Shown here in pieces: positions 1 through 11,209 of a stretch of DNA of 64,000 nucleotides. A program made the translations under genes and the position numbers. Below the pieces are notes generated by a model. It had not been told where the DNA came from, did no database searches, and was given only the letters and a program-made list of their open reading frames with translations. The first letter of the stretch is position 1; each line of letters opens with the position of its first letter. Source of the DNA: an uncultured Candidatus Rokubacteria bacterium (lineage in GTDB: Bacteria; Methylomirabilota; Methylomirabilia; Rokubacteriales; CSP1-6); contig CAVWFS010000010.1 in the NCBI GenBank assembly GCA_963754315.1, forward strand, positions 64,001 to 128,000. Reading direction: 5' to 3'.

Positions 1-512
1 TTCTGAGGACCCTCGCGGCAGCCGTGCGCCGGGTCTGGCTCATCTACTATGACCTTGATCCTGGTACCAGGCCGATGATCGTCAAGGCGCTGGAGGCCGG
101 GGAACGCATGAAGCTCGAGGTCGTGCCGAGGGGCGTGCTCGACGCCGCCGGACTGAAGCAGGCGCTGCAAGAAGTGAAGCGGAACGACGCCTTGTTCGTG
201 CCAGAAGGCTCCAATCCAGACCTCGCCGTCGTGATCATCGATCGGTCACTCGCCCTGCGCGTCCCGGCTGTTTTCGGGACGGCGCTCTGGGTTGGTTATG
301 GTGGGCTCATATCGTACGGGCCCGACTACTACGCGCAGGGGGTCCAGGCGGCAGGGCTGGTCGCCAAGATTCTGAGAGGGGCCCGGCCCCAGGACCTGCC
401 CGTCGAAGGTGCGGAGAAGATCGATCTCGCGGTAAACCTCAAGACCGCGGAGCAGCTCGGCCTCACCGTGCCGCGGAAGATCCTGCTTCGCGCCGACGCC
501 TTCCGGCGATGA
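1..512 (+). CDS. ABC_sub_bind-type substrate-binding protein, 5' partial
   Basis: C-terminal GGLISYGPD...AAGLVAKILRGARPQDLPVE...LAVNLKTAEQLGLTVP...LLRAD is typical of this family. The stop overlaps the next ATG (ATGA). Confidence 0.85.
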   Translation, partial: LRTLAAAVRRVWLIYYDLDPGTRPMIVKALEAGERMKLEVVPRGVLDAAGLKQALQEVKRNDALFVPEGSNPDLAVVIIDRSLALRVPAVFGTALWVGYGGLISYGPDYYAQGVQAAGLVAKILRGARPQDLPVEGAEKIDLAVNLKTAEQLGLTVPRKILLRADAFRR

Positions 513-3500
513 CGAGCGCGACCCCGCGCGGCCGGCTCTTTCGCAAGTACGTCGTCGTCCTTCTCGTGCTGGTCGGTGGCGTGCTGATGGCGTCGAGCCT
601 GATCAATCTCTACTTTGCCTACCGGGAGACCCAGCGCGCGATCGTCCGGGTGGAGCGCGCGAAGGCAGCAGGGGCGGCGGCCCGCATCGAGCAGTTTCTG
701 AGGGAAGTCGAGGGGCAGGTGCGGGAGACGACCCGAACCGCCTCCGACGACCCGGACGCGAGTCAGGCGAGGCAGGGAAGCCTGGGGTTCCGAGAAGGCC
801 TGGGGGCGGCGATGGCCGAGCAGCGCGAACTGGACTTCCTGCGCGTCCTCCGAAACGTCCCCGCCATCAGCGAGCTCAGCCACCTCGATCTCTCCGGCAA
901 GGAGCAGCTTCACGTCTCTCGCCTGGAACCGGATGTCGTCGGCAGCCAGAAGGACTTCTCCCAGGCGCCCACGTTCGTCGAGGCCCGATCCGGCAAGACG
1001 TACTGGAGCCCTGTCTACCTCAAGAACGGGTCCGAGCCGTACGTGACGCTCGCGGTGCCCGTTGGCAAGTACGCGGTCGAGGTGACCACAGCCGAGGTCA
1101 GCCTCGGCGCCATCCTAAAGATGATGTCCCAGATCGAGGTCGGCCCCGGCGGCTATGCCTACGTGGTGGATTCCCGCAACCATCTGGTGGCGCATCCGGA
1201 CAGCCGGGTCCTCCGAGCGAAGCAGGATCTCTCATCCCTTGCCCAGGTGAAGTCGGCTCGAGCCGATGGCTCGGGGCCCGCGGAAGACGACCGGGTGGCG
1301 GGGGCCGCCGATGGCCTCGGGGGCGGGCGCGTCCTCGCCGCGCACGCACCGATCGGTTCTCTCGGGTGGCTCGTCTTCGTCGAGCGGCCGGCCGCGGACG
1401 CTTACGCGCCCCTGCGAGCGCCGATCATCCGCAGCGTCGTCATCTTCGTCCTGGGTCTAGGGCTCTCGATCCTGGCCAGCCTGCTCCTCGCCCGGCGGAT
1501 GGTCAGACCGATCCGGGTGCTGCAGGAAGGGGCGACGCGGATCGGCGCCGGCAGGCTCGACCAGCCGATCGAGTTGCGCACCGGCGACGAGATCGAGGCC
1601 CTGGCCGGTTCATTCAATCGCATGGCGGCCAGCCTCAAGGAGTCCTACGAGGGCCTCGAGCAGAAGGTCGAAGCTCGCACGCGGGAGCTGGCGGACGCCA
1701 ATCGCGACCTCACCGAGGCGCTCGAGCAGCAGACGGCAACGAGCGAGATCCTGCGCGTGATCAGCCAGTCGCCGACGGACGTTCAGCCGGTCTTTGACGC
1801 GATCGTGCGGAGCGCGTGCGGCTCTGCATGGGCTATTCGGTCACGCCAGCGATTCTACTGGCGAAAAGATGCACCTGGCGGCTCCATCATCGACCACACG
1901 ACCGGAAGTACCCGAGCGCTCCAGGAGCGATGTTACTCGATGCGGCCGGTGCAGCCGGCTCATGGCCGCGGCCGCGCGATCTTGGCGGGCGCGATCAGTC
2001 GCTGACGTTGAGGACTGACTGAGCCGATCCCGAGTGGTCAGCGAGACCAGTCGCGTCGTGCGGGCGGCTATCGGAGCATGCTGGCCGTGCCGATGCTGCG
2101 CGAGGGAGACGCGATCGGCGCGATCATTGTCAGTCGCACGGAGCCGGGCCTTTACTCGACTGGCCAGATCGCACTGCTGCAAGACGTTCGCCGACCAGGC
2201 AGTGATCGCCATCGAGAATGTGCGGCTGTTCAAGGAGCTGGAGGTACGCAACCGCGACCTCACCCAGGCCCTGGAGCAACAGACGGCGACGAGCGAGATC
2301 TTGCGCGTCATCAGTAGCTCGCCGACGGATGTGCAACCCGTCTTCGATGCCGTGGCCGCGAGCGCCGCGCGCTTGTGTGAGGCGTTCGATTCCGCCATCT
2401 TCCGTGTGGACGGTGACCGATTGTGCCTGGTGGCCAATCATGGCCCGATTCCATACGGACCTGTTGGTGAGTTCTCGCTCCCCCTCAGTCGCCGTGTGCT
2501 CACTGGACGATCGGTGCTGGAGGGGCGAACGCTGCAGATCGCCGATCTGCAGACGGCCACTGGCGAGTTTCCGGAGGGAAGCGTGTCGGCGCGCGAATGG
2601 GGCCACCGGACCGCGCTGAGCGTCCCCTTGATGCGGGAGGGCGTTGCCACGGGAGCGATCATCGTCCGCCGCACCGAGATCCGGCCCTTCACCGAGCGCC
2701 AGATCGCCCTGCTCCAGACCTTCGCCGACCAGGCGGTGATCGCCATCGAGAACGTGCGTTTGTTCAACGAGCTCCAGGAACGGACGCACGAGCTGACCCG
2801 CTCGGTAGACGAGTTGCAGGCGCTCGGCGAGGTGGGGCGTGCCGTCAGCTCGAGCCTCGACATCCAGTCCGTTCTCACCAGCATCGTCTCGCATGCGGTT
2901 GAGCTTTCGCAGACCGACGCCGGAACCATCTACGAGTTCGACGAGGCCGTGAAGGTATTCGTCCCGCGCGCAAATTTCGGCATGGCGGACGAATTGATCG
3001 AGGCTCTCCGTCAGTCGCGAATCCACGTCGGCGAGGCAGGGATCGGTCAAGCGGCGGCGACGCGCGCGGCCGTCCAGATCCCCGACCTCGAGCGCGACTC
3101 GAGCTACCCGCTCGCCTTCCTGCGCGAGGCGGGGTTCCGTGCCCTCCTGGCCGTCCCGCTGCTGCGGGAGGACCGGGTGATCGGCGGGCTGGTGGTCCGG
3201 CGAAAAGCACCGGGCGCGTTCCCGCAGCCAATCGTGGATCTGCTCCAGACTTTCGCGACCCAGTCGGTCATCGCTATCCAGAACGCGCGGCTCTTCCGGG
3301 AGATCGACGAGAAGGGCCGCGCCCTCGAGGAGCTCTCGCGTAACCAGGAACAGCTCTACCGCCTCTCGACCGCGCTCCAGGAGCCGCTGTCCCTCGCCGA
3401 GCAGCTCACGCGGGTCCTCGACGCCGCGCGGCATGTGGTGGGCCTCGACCGCCTCTACATCTGGACGCTGAGCCCCGCCGGCGATGGGCTGATGGTCAGC

Positions 3501-4595
3501 GCCCAGGCCGGGTTCGGGGAACGCGACTGGCAGGAGCTCGTCGGAGTGACCATTCCCATGGACGAGGCGGGAGCGCTGGCCGCCGCCTGCCGCGACGGCG
3601 AGCCGATGCTGTTCACCGAGGCGCACCCGCTGCCGGAGGAGTATCACCTGCGCCCCCCGTACTCGGAGCTCGCCGGCCTGCGCGTCAAGAGCTTCCTCGC
3701 CATCCCCATGATTGCTCGCGGCCGCACCGTCGGCGTCCTCTCCGCCGATAACCGCGCCAGCCGAGCGCCGATTCCGGCTCACACCGTGAATCTGCTTCAG
3801 ACCTTCGCCGCCCAGGCGGCGGTCGCCGTGGAGAACGCCCGCCTGTTCGGGGAGATCCAGGAAAAGGGGCGTGAGCTCGAGCTGGCCAGCAAGCACAAGT
3901 CGCAGTTCCTCGCCAACATGAGCCACGAACTGCGGACGCCGATGAACGCCGTGCTCGGCTACGCCGACCTCATCCTGGACGACATCTTCGGCGAGGTTCC
4001 AGAGCCGATCCGCGACACCCTGGAGCGGATCAAGAGCAACGGGCAGCATCTCCTCGGCCTGATCAACGACGTGCTCGACCTCTCCAAGATCGAGGCGGGG
4101 CAGCTCACCCTCTCGCTCGGCGACTATTCCATGGGAGAGGTCGTGCACGCGGTGGTCTCGACGGTGGAATCCCTTGCCGCGGGAAAGCATCTTGCCCTCA
4201 AGGCCATCGTGCCCGCCGATCTCCCCGCCGGCCACGGCGACGAGCGGCGGCTCACCCAAGTGCTGCTGAACCTCGCCGGCAACGCGATCAAGTTCACCGA
4301 CATCGGCGGGATCTCCATCGAGGCCCGGGCCTCCAACGGCGCCTTCGTGGTGTCTGTGTCGGACACTGGCCCCGGGATTTCCCGGGCCGACCAGGAAAAG
4401 ATCTTCGAGGAGTTCCAGCAGGCCGACAGCTCCAGCACCCGGGCCAAGGGCGGCACCGGTCTCGGCCTCGCGATCTCCCGGCGCATCATAGAGCTGCACG
4501 GTGGGCGCCTCTGGGTGGAATCGACCCTCGGGGAGGGATCGGCATTTTATTTCACCGTGCCCCTACGGGTGGAGCGACGAACGGAGAGAGCATGA
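509..4595 (+). CDS. Membrane sensor histidine kinase (TM-dCache-TM-HAMP-4xGAF-HisKA-HATPase), frameshifted at ~1815-2185
   Basis: ORF 509-2005 has TM, Cache and HAMP ([14 protein letters not shown]). ORF 2034-4595 has repeated GAF ends ([16 protein letters not shown]), H-box [13 protein letters not shown]-box [16 protein letters not shown] and GGTGLGL. The first GAF is split over frames ([15 protein letters not shown] lies in ORF 2078-2317). Confidence 0.9.
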
Positions 4596-4978
4596 GCAAG
4601 CGCATCCTGGTCGTCGAGGACCACGAGGAGAACCGGCGCATCTTGCGCATCCTTCTGGCGAGCGGCGGCTTCGAGATGATCGAGGCCGTCACCGGCGAGG
4701 AAGGGGTGGCGGCGGCGGAGAAGGAGCGCCCGGACCTGATTCTCATGGACATCCAGCTTCCGGGCCTCGACGGCTACGAGGCGACACGGCGGATCAAGGC
4801 CAATCCGGCGCTCCGGCACATCCCGATCATCGTGGTCACCTCCTACGCGCTCAGCGGCGACGACGTCAAGGCGTTCGAGGCGGGTTGCGACGCCTATGTC
4901 ACCAAGCCCTTCGTTCCGCGCGAGCTGCTGGCCAAGGTCCGGCAGTACCTGGCGCCGCCCATGGAGAGTCCCGCGTGA
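4592..4978 (+). CDS. Single-domain response regulator (DivK/CheY-like)
   Basis: [36 protein letters not shown] overlap with the kinase. Confidence 0.92.
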   Translation: MSKRILVVEDHEENRRILRILLASGGFEMIEAVTGEEGVAAAEKERPDLILMDIQLPGLDGYEATRRIKANPALRHIPIIVVTSYALSGDDVKAFEAGCDAYVTKPFVPRELLAKVRQYLAPPMESPA

Positions 4979-6093
4979 GAACACCGCCGCGGATCCTGAT
5001 CGTGGATGACACGCCGGCCAATGTCCACATCCTCCAGGCCCGTCTCACCGCCCACGGCTACGACATCGTCACCGCGACCGACGGCGAGGAGGCGCTGGCC
5101 GCCGTCGCGCGCGCTCAGCCCGACCTCGTCCTGCTCGACGTGATGATGCCGAAGCTGGATGGGTTCGAGGTCTGCCGACGTCTCAGGGCGGACGCCTCGC
5201 TGCCCTTCATCCCGATCATCATGGTCACCGCCAAGGCCGATCCCAAGGACGTCGTGGCCGGCCTCGAGGCCGGGGGCGATGAGTACCTGACGAAGCCTGT
5301 GGATCAGGCGGCTCTCGTGGCGCGCGTCAAGTCGATGCTGCGGATCAAGGACCTCCACGACACCGTGCAGCGTCTCGCCGACGAGCGGGCCGAATGGAAC
5401 CGGACACTCGAGCGCCGAGTCGACGAGCAGGTCGGCCAGCTCGAGCGGCTCGGCCGCCTCAAGCGTTTCTTCTCGCCCCAGCTCGCGGAGCTCATCGTGT
5501 CCGGCGGCGCCGACGATCCTCTCCAGACCCACCGGCGCGAGGTCACGGTCGTGTTCCTGGACCTCCGTGGCTTCACGGCGTTCGCGGAGACTGCCGAGCC
5601 CGAGGAAGTCATGAGTGTTCTCCGTGAATACCACGCCGAGATGGGCAAGCTCATTCTCGCGCACGAGGGGACCCTGGAGCGCTTCACCGGCGACGGCATG
5701 ATGATCTTCTTCAACGACCCGGTGCCGGTGCCCGATCCCGCCCAGCGCGCCATCCGCATGGCCCTGGCCATGCGGGAGCGCGTGCACCACCTGATGGTGG
5801 TCTGGCAGAAGCGCGGGTACGACCTTGCCCTCGGCGTTGGCATTGCCCAGGGCTATGCGACCATCGGCGCCATCGGCTTCGAAGGGCGCTGGGACTACGG
5901 CGCCATCGGCACCGTCACCAATCTGGCCGCCCGCCTCTGTGGTGAGGCTCAGGGCGGGCAGATACTCGTCTCCTCGCGGGTGGCGGGGGCGCTCGATGAG
6001 CTGATCGAGCTCAAGGAGGTGGGCAAGCTCACCTTGAAGGGGTTCCTCCGGCCCGTCCCGACCTTCAACGCGCTCGGGTTGAGGGGGTCGTAG
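4975..6093 (+). CDS. Receiver domain fused to class III adenylate/guanylate cyclase
   Basis: GTG start overlaps the previous stop. Receiver ILIVDD...LLDVMMPKLDG...YLTKP; cyclase VFLDLRGFT, FTGDG, GAIGTVTNLAARL. Confidence 0.92.
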   Translation: MRTPPRILIVDDTPANVHILQARLTAHGYDIVTATDGEEALAAVARAQPDLVLLDVMMPKLDGFEVCRRLRADASLPFIPIIMVTAKADPKDVVAGLEAGGDEYLTKPVDQAALVARVKSMLRIKDLHDTVQRLADERAEWNRTLERRVDEQVGQLERLGRLKRFFSPQLAELIVSGGADDPLQTHRREVTVVFLDLRGFTAFAETAEPEEVMSVLREYHAEMGKLILAHEGTLERFTGDGMMIFFNDPVPVPDPAQRAIRMALAMRERVHHLMVVWQKRGYDLALGVGIAQGYATIGAIGFEGRWDYGAIGTVTNLAARLCGEAQGGQILVSSRVAGALDELIELKEVGKLTLKGFLRPVPTFNALGLRGS

Positions 6094-6101
6094 AGGCACG
6101 C

Positions 6102-7014
6102 GTGAGTTTTGAGTACCACGAGGCGTCCTCCGTGGCCGAGGCGGTCGACCTCGGCGCCCGCTTCGGTGATGAGAGCCGCTTCCTCGCCGGGGGCACCGAT
6201 CTCATCATCCAGATGCGCCGTGGTAAGGTGGCGCCGCGTCACGTGGTGGACTTGCGCCGGGTACCCGGCCTCGACTCGATCGCGGTGAACGGCGACGTGC
6301 GCCTCGGTGCGCTCGTCACCCACCGTACCATCGAGCGCTGTGGGGCGTTCCAGGGTCGGTTGCGCGGCCTCGTCGAGGGCGCCCAGGTCGTGGGTGGTCA
6401 CCAGATCCGCAACGTGGGCACGGTGGGCGGCAACATCGCCAACGCCTCGCCCGCCGCCGACGTGGTGCCCGTCCTGCTCGCCCTCGACGCGGTTGTCCTC
6501 GCCGTCGGCCCGACCGGCGAGCGTGCCGTTCCGCTCGAGGAATTCCTGGTTGGTCCCGGGCAGACCGCGCGACGGCCGGGCGAGCTCCTCACCGCCGTAC
6601 GGTTCGGTGCGCCGGGGGAGCGCGCGGCGACGGCCTTCCTCAAGGCCGGCCGCCGGCGGGCCATGGAGATCGCGGTCGTGTGCGTGGCCGTGCGACTCAC
6701 GCTCGACGCCGAGGGCGAGCGGTGCGTGGATGCGCGCATTGCGCTGGGCGCGGTTGCCCCCACCACGTGGCGTTCGCGGCGAGGCCGAACGGGTTGTCGA
6801 GGGACGCGTGGTGACGCCGGAAGCCCTTCGCGAGGCCGGCCGAACGGCGGCGGCGAGCTGCCGACCCATCAGCGACGTCCGTGCCTCCGCCCGCTACCGT
6901 CGGCTCCTCGTCGAAACCCTGGTGTCCCGGGCCCTGGCGCGGTGTCTTGAGCGCATCCGGAGTGGCGCCGGCGAGCCAAGGGGATGGGGCGAGCAGCGCC
7001 GGGGGAACGCATGA
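6102..7014 (+). CDS. Xanthine dehydrogenase/CoxM-family FAD-binding subunit, frameshift at ~6778
   Basis: FLAGGTDL, QIRNVGTVGGNIANASPAAD. The C-terminus (PISDVRASARYRR) continues in ORF 6307-7014. Confidence 0.9.
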
Positions 7015-7532
7015 TGCCAAGGCTGGTCCTCCCCCTCACGATCAACGGCGAGCGCCACGATGTCTTCACGGAGCCGCACCGAACACTCCTGGACGTGCTC
7101 CGCGTCGACCTCGGTCTGACTGGCACCAAGGAGAACTGCTTGGAGGCAGAGTGTGGCGTCTGCACGGTGCTCGTCGACGGCCAGGCGGTGAACAGCTGCA
7201 TCGTGCTCGCCGCCCAGTGTCGGGGTCGCGAGGTGGTCACCATCGAGGGTTTGGCCCGCGACGGCGCGCTGCATCCGCTTCAGCAGGCGTTCATCGATCA
7301 CGGCGCCGTGCAGTGCGGATACTGCATTCCCGGCATGATCCTCTCCGCCACGGCCTTCCTCGCCGAATGCCCCGGCGCCACCGAGGCCGAGGTCCGCGAG
7401 GCGCTGGCCGGCAATCTGTGTCGCTGCACCGGCTACCAGAAGATCGCTGACGCAGTGGTCGCGGTCGCCCACGCCGACGCGCTCGTGGCGGCCAGGCGGC
7501 CTGACGCAGGGGAGGTAACGGCATGGCGGTGA
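7011..7532 (+). CDS. CoxS-family 2x[2Fe-2S] subunit
   Basis: [16 protein letters not shown]...[20 protein letters not shown]. Confidence 0.93.
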   Translation: MMPRLVLPLTINGERHDVFTEPHRTLLDVLRVDLGLTGTKENCLEAECGVCTVLVDGQAVNSCIVLAAQCRGREVVTIEGLARDGALHPLQQAFIDHGAVQCGYCIPGMILSATAFLAECPGATEAEVREALAGNLCRCTGYQKIADAVVAVAHADALVAARRPDAGEVTAWR

Positions 7533-9802
7533 CGCGCGTCGTCGGCAAACCGCTCCCGCGCATCGACGCGCCAGGCAAGGTGACGGGGACGGCGGTCTAC
7601 GCGGCGGACTTCACCCTGCCCGGCATGTTGGTCGGGAAGGTCTTTCGGAGCACGGAACCGCACGCGCGGATCGTGCGGCTGGATGTCAGCCGCGCGGCTC
7701 GTCTGCCCGGTGTGCGCGCGGTCATCAGCGCCGCCGACGTGCCGGACGTGCGCTACGGCGGCGCCCTGAAGGACGAGACGGTTTTCGCCCGGGGCAGGGT
7801 CCGCTACGTCGGCCAGCCTGTGGCGGCGGTGGCCGCGAGCACGCCCGAGGCGGCCGACGCTGCTCTGGCGGCGATCGAGGTTGTCTACGAACCGCTGCCC
7901 GCCGTGCTCGACCTGGACGCCGCGCTCGCGCCGGGCGCACCGCTCGTCCACGAGGGATGGGAGGACTACACGGCGATCCCCATCCTCCATCGTGACGGCA
8001 ACGTCTGCAATCGTGCCCGCATCATGCTCGGCGACGTCGAGCGCGGCTTCGAAGAGGCTGACCGGATTTTCGAGCACCGCTTCACGACGAGCATGGTTCA
8101 CCAGGGTTACACGGAGCCGCGGGCGGCGGTGGCCCAGTGGGACAGCGCGGATACGGTCACGGTGTGGTCGAACACCCAGCTGCCGTTCGAGGTGCAGAAC
8201 ACCCTCGCCGAGATCCTCGCCATGCCGCCGGGCAAGATCCGAGTGATCGTGCCTGGCATCGGCGGAGGATTTGGCGGCAAGCTCCGCGTGGGCGTAGAGC
8301 ATTTCGCCGCCTTCCTCGCCAGGAAGGCGGGCCGACCCGTCAAGCTCGTGACCACGAGCGAGGAGGAGCTCATTGCCGCCTATCCGCGCCAAGGCGCGGT
8401 GGTCGAGCTCAAGACTGGCGTCACCCGCGACGGCCGCATCACCGCGAAGGCCGGACGCATCTGGTTCGATACCGGGGCGTTCGCCGGCTCGGGGCCGGGG
8501 GTCGCGTCGGTAGCGACCCTCGTCCTGGCCGGGCCCTACCGAATCCCCAACCTCCACCTCGAGGGATTCGCCGTCTACACGAACAAGACGAACTGCGGGT
8601 CCTTCCGTGCGCCCTCGGGGCCGCAGGCGAACTTCGCGGTAGAGTCCCAGATGGATATCATCGCCGATGCTCTCGGGGTTGACCCGCTCGACTTCCGCCT
8701 GCGCAACATCGTGCACGAAGGCGACGAGGGGCCGACGGGTCAGGTGCTGACGGCGGTGGGGCTCGAGGAGTGCCTGCGCAAGGCAGCGGCCGCCATCGGA
8801 TGGAAAGACCGACGACCCGGGCCCGGGCGTGCCAAGGGCCTTGCCTGCGGATGGTGGACAACCACGGGGGGCTCATCAGGCGTCTACGTCAAGATCAACC
8901 CCGATGGCACGGTGGCGCTCAACACCGGCGCCGCCGAGATTGGCACCGCCGCCCTCACGGGGGCTGCCCAGGTCCTCGCCGAGGAGCTGGGAGTGGATCT
9001 GGCTGATATTAGCGTGGTGTCGGCCGACACGTTCTCGACACCGTTCGACTTCGGAGCGCAGGGAAGCCGCACGGCGTTCGCGGTGGGCAACGCCTGCCGG
9101 GCCGCGGTGGCCAACCTCAAGCAGCGCATCTTCGCCCTCGCCGGGGCCCAGCTCGGAGTCGAACCAGACGCGTGCACACTCGCTGACAAGCACGTGGTCA
9201 TCGGCGACAGGCGGATGTCACTCGCTGACCTCGCCCGACTCTCCCAGCAGACGGGTGGAGGCCTCATCGCCCAGGGCACATTCATCGCGGCTCCCACCCC
9301 ATTTGACACCAAGCGTGTGGACGGGCACGTGTATCCGGCCTTCCACTCGCCGAGCTTCCACGCCCACGCGGTGGATCTCTCGGTGGACCGAGAGACGGGG
9401 GAGATCGCGATCCACCGATACGTCGTAGCGCAGGATGTCGGTTTCGCCATGAATCCGACCTATATCGAGGGCCAGATCGAGGGTGGGGTGGCCCAGGGCC
9501 TGGGCCAGGCGCTCTCGGAAGAGATCGTCTACGAGGGCGGGCGAGTCCTGAACCCGAATCTCACCGACTACAAGATGCCGACGACGCTCGACATGCCGCG
9601 CGTGGAGACGATCCTCGTCCAGCATCCGAGCCTCGCCGGACCCTACGGGGCCAAGGGTGTGGGAGAACCACCGAACATCGAGCCTCCAGCGGCGGTCGCG
9701 AATGCAGTGGCGGCGGCCACCGGTCTGCGCGTGACGACCCTGCCTATCACCGCGGAGAAGATCGCGCTCGGGTTGCGCGACGCCGGAACGGACTCGCCCT
9801 GA
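7523..9802 (+). CDS. Xanthine dehydrogenase-family molybdopterin-binding large subunit
   Basis: GGGFGGK, GSFRAPSGPQ, GQIEGGVAQGLG, AKGVGEPP (catalytic Glu). Confidence 0.93.
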   Translation: MAVTRVVGKPLPRIDAPGKVTGTAVYAADFTLPGMLVGKVFRSTEPHARIVRLDVSRAARLPGVRAVISAADVPDVRYGGALKDETVFARGRVRYVGQPVAAVAASTPEAADAALAAIEVVYEPLPAVLDLDAALAPGAPLVHEGWEDYTAIPILHRDGNVCNRARIMLGDVERGFEEADRIFEHRFTTSMVHQGYTEPRAAVAQWDSADTVTVWSNTQLPFEVQNTLAEILAMPPGKIRVIVPGIGGGFGGKLRVGVEHFAAFLARKAGRPVKLVTTSEEELIAAYPRQGAVVELKTGVTRDGRITAKAGRIWFDTGAFAGSGPGVASVATLVLAGPYRIPNLHLEGFAVYTNKTNCGSFRAPSGPQANFAVESQMDIIADALGVDPLDFRLRNIVHEGDEGPTGQVLTAVGLEECLRKAAAAIGWKDRRPGPGRAKGLACGWWTTTGGSSGVYVKINPDGTVALNTGAAEIGTAALTGAAQVLAEELGVDLADISVVSADTFSTPFDFGAQGSRTAFAVGNACRAAVANLKQRIFALAGAQLGVEPDACTLADKHVVIGDRRMSLADLARLSQQTGGGLIAQGTFIAAPTPFDTKRVDGHVYPAFHSPSFHAHAVDLSVDRETGEIAIHRYVVAQDVGFAMNPTYIEGQIEGGVAQGLGQALSEEIVYEGGRVLNPNLTDYKMPTTLDMPRVETILVQHPSLAGPYGAKGVGEPPNIEPPAAVANAVAAATGLRVTTLPITAEKIALGLRDAGTDSP

Positions 9803-9866
9803 TCCACGGGGCCGTCGTCGCCGGCGTGGAGCTCCGCGATCTCCGGGTAACCGGTGGGCTGAAGCG

Positions 9867-10910
9867 ATGACCACGACGTTACGGACGGGGCTCCTGATAC
9901 TGCCCGCCCGGGAACCGGCGCGCTTGGCAGAGCTCGCCGTTCTCGCGGAGGACGCCGGCTACGATGATTTCTGGCTGGCCGACGAACGCTTCTTCCGCGA
10001 GGTGTACGCGTGCCTCGCCCTGTGTGCGGGGCGCACGCAGCGGATCCGACTCGGCCCTTGCGTGACCGACCCTTATTCGCGGCATCCGGCCCTGACCGCC
10101 ATGGCCATTGCCACGCTCGACGAGATCTCTGAGGGGCGGGCGCTCCTCGGTATCGGCGCCGGGGTGAGCGGCTTCCGTGAGCTTGGCGTCGACGCGGCCC
10201 GCTCGGCGGTGGCCATCCGTGAGGGGATCGAGCTCATCCGCGCGTTGCTAGCGGGTCAGACGGTGACCCTCAAAGGACGCGCGCTGAGCTTCACCGACGG
10301 GCGCCTCGACTTCGCGGCCGTGCGGGCGGACCTGCCCATCTTCGTCGCGTCCCAGCGGGCGGCAGGGTGCCGGGTGGCCGGCCGCGTGGCCGACGGCGCG
10401 ATCATGCAGGGAGCACTGGCGGAGCCGCTCGTGCGCTTCCTGCGGGACACGGTGCACGGGGCCGCGCGTGAGGTGGGTCGAGAGCCCGCCAAGGTAGAGC
10501 TGGTCGCCCGCCTCAACGTCTGTGTCCACGACGACCGCCGCGCCGCCCGCGACGTCATGCGGCCCACCATCGTCCGCAGCCTCAGCGCCCAGCGCCCTGA
10601 CTTCTTCACGTTCGCCACGGCCGGCCTCACCTTGCCCGCGCAGCTGCGCGAGCGGGTGCTGGCGCTGCCCTACACCCACGACCCCGCGCCTCTGCAGGCG
10701 GCGGCGCCCCTCGTGCCCGACGCCTTCGTCGACGCCTGCACGCTCACGGGGCCGCCCGAGGTGATCGCGTCCGAGCTCGTGCGGCTGGCACGCGGCGGGA
10801 TCGGCGAGGTGGTGATCTATCCGCTGTCCGTGGACGGGCGGGTGGAGACGACGATCGAGCGCTTCCAGTCCGATGTGATGCCTCGCGTGCGACGAGAGCT
10901 TGGCTCATGA
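9867..10910 (+). CDS. LLM-class (luciferase-like/Mer-like) flavin- or F420-dependent oxidoreductase
   Basis: AEDAGYDDFWLADE, IRLGPCVTDPYSRHPALTAMAIATLDEISEGRALLGIGAG. Confidence 0.88.
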   Translation: MTTTLRTGLLILPAREPARLAELAVLAEDAGYDDFWLADERFFREVYACLALCAGRTQRIRLGPCVTDPYSRHPALTAMAIATLDEISEGRALLGIGAGVSGFRELGVDAARSAVAIREGIELIRALLAGQTVTLKGRALSFTDGRLDFAAVRADLPIFVASQRAAGCRVAGRVADGAIMQGALAEPLVRFLRDTVHGAAREVGREPAKVELVARLNVCVHDDRRAARDVMRPTIVRSLSAQRPDFFTFATAGLTLPAQLRERVLALPYTHDPAPLQAAAPLVPDAFVDACTLTGPPEVIASELVRLARGGIGEVVIYPLSVDGRVETTIERFQSDVMPRVRRELGS

Positions 10911-11137
10911 CGGTGACCATCCACATGCACGGCAACCTGCGTCGTTTCATGCCCGAGGGTCGTGATCGCATGACCATGGACGTGGGGTCGGGGACGACCA
11001 TCGAGGCATTTCTCGCTTCGCTCGGGGCGGAGCGCGATACCTGGCTGGTGGCAGTGAACGGAACGACCGTGGACAGGGCCCGCGTGCTTGCCCCGGGCGA
11101 TCTGCTCGACTGCTTCGAGCCCGTGGCGGCGGGATAG
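10907..11137 (+). CDS. MoaD/ThiS-family ubiquitin-like protein
   Basis: 76 aa beta-grasp pattern (LVAVNG...LAPGD...FEPVAAG). ATGA overlap with the LLM gene. Confidence 0.8.
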   Translation: MTVTIHMHGNLRRFMPEGRDRMTMDVGSGTTIEAFLASLGAERDTWLVAVNGTTVDRARVLAPGDLLDCFEPVAAG

Positions 11138-11209
11138 CGAGTGTCAGGAGTGAAGACGAGACGCCGTGCTGGGTAGTTTGCTGCCGTGGACCGAGACGGG
11201 AGAGACACC

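Noticed and set aside
2130..4499. Long antisense ORFs (also 14698-16314, 19022-20566, 31348-32751, 50496-52043, 58287-59732)
   Set aside because: These are shadow ORFs opposite well-supported genes, expected at high GC, and carry no recognisable motifs.
6102..9802. Aerobic CO dehydrogenase (coxMSL)
   Set aside because: The large subunit lacks the AYxCSFR copper-binding motif, and no cox accessory genes are adjacent.
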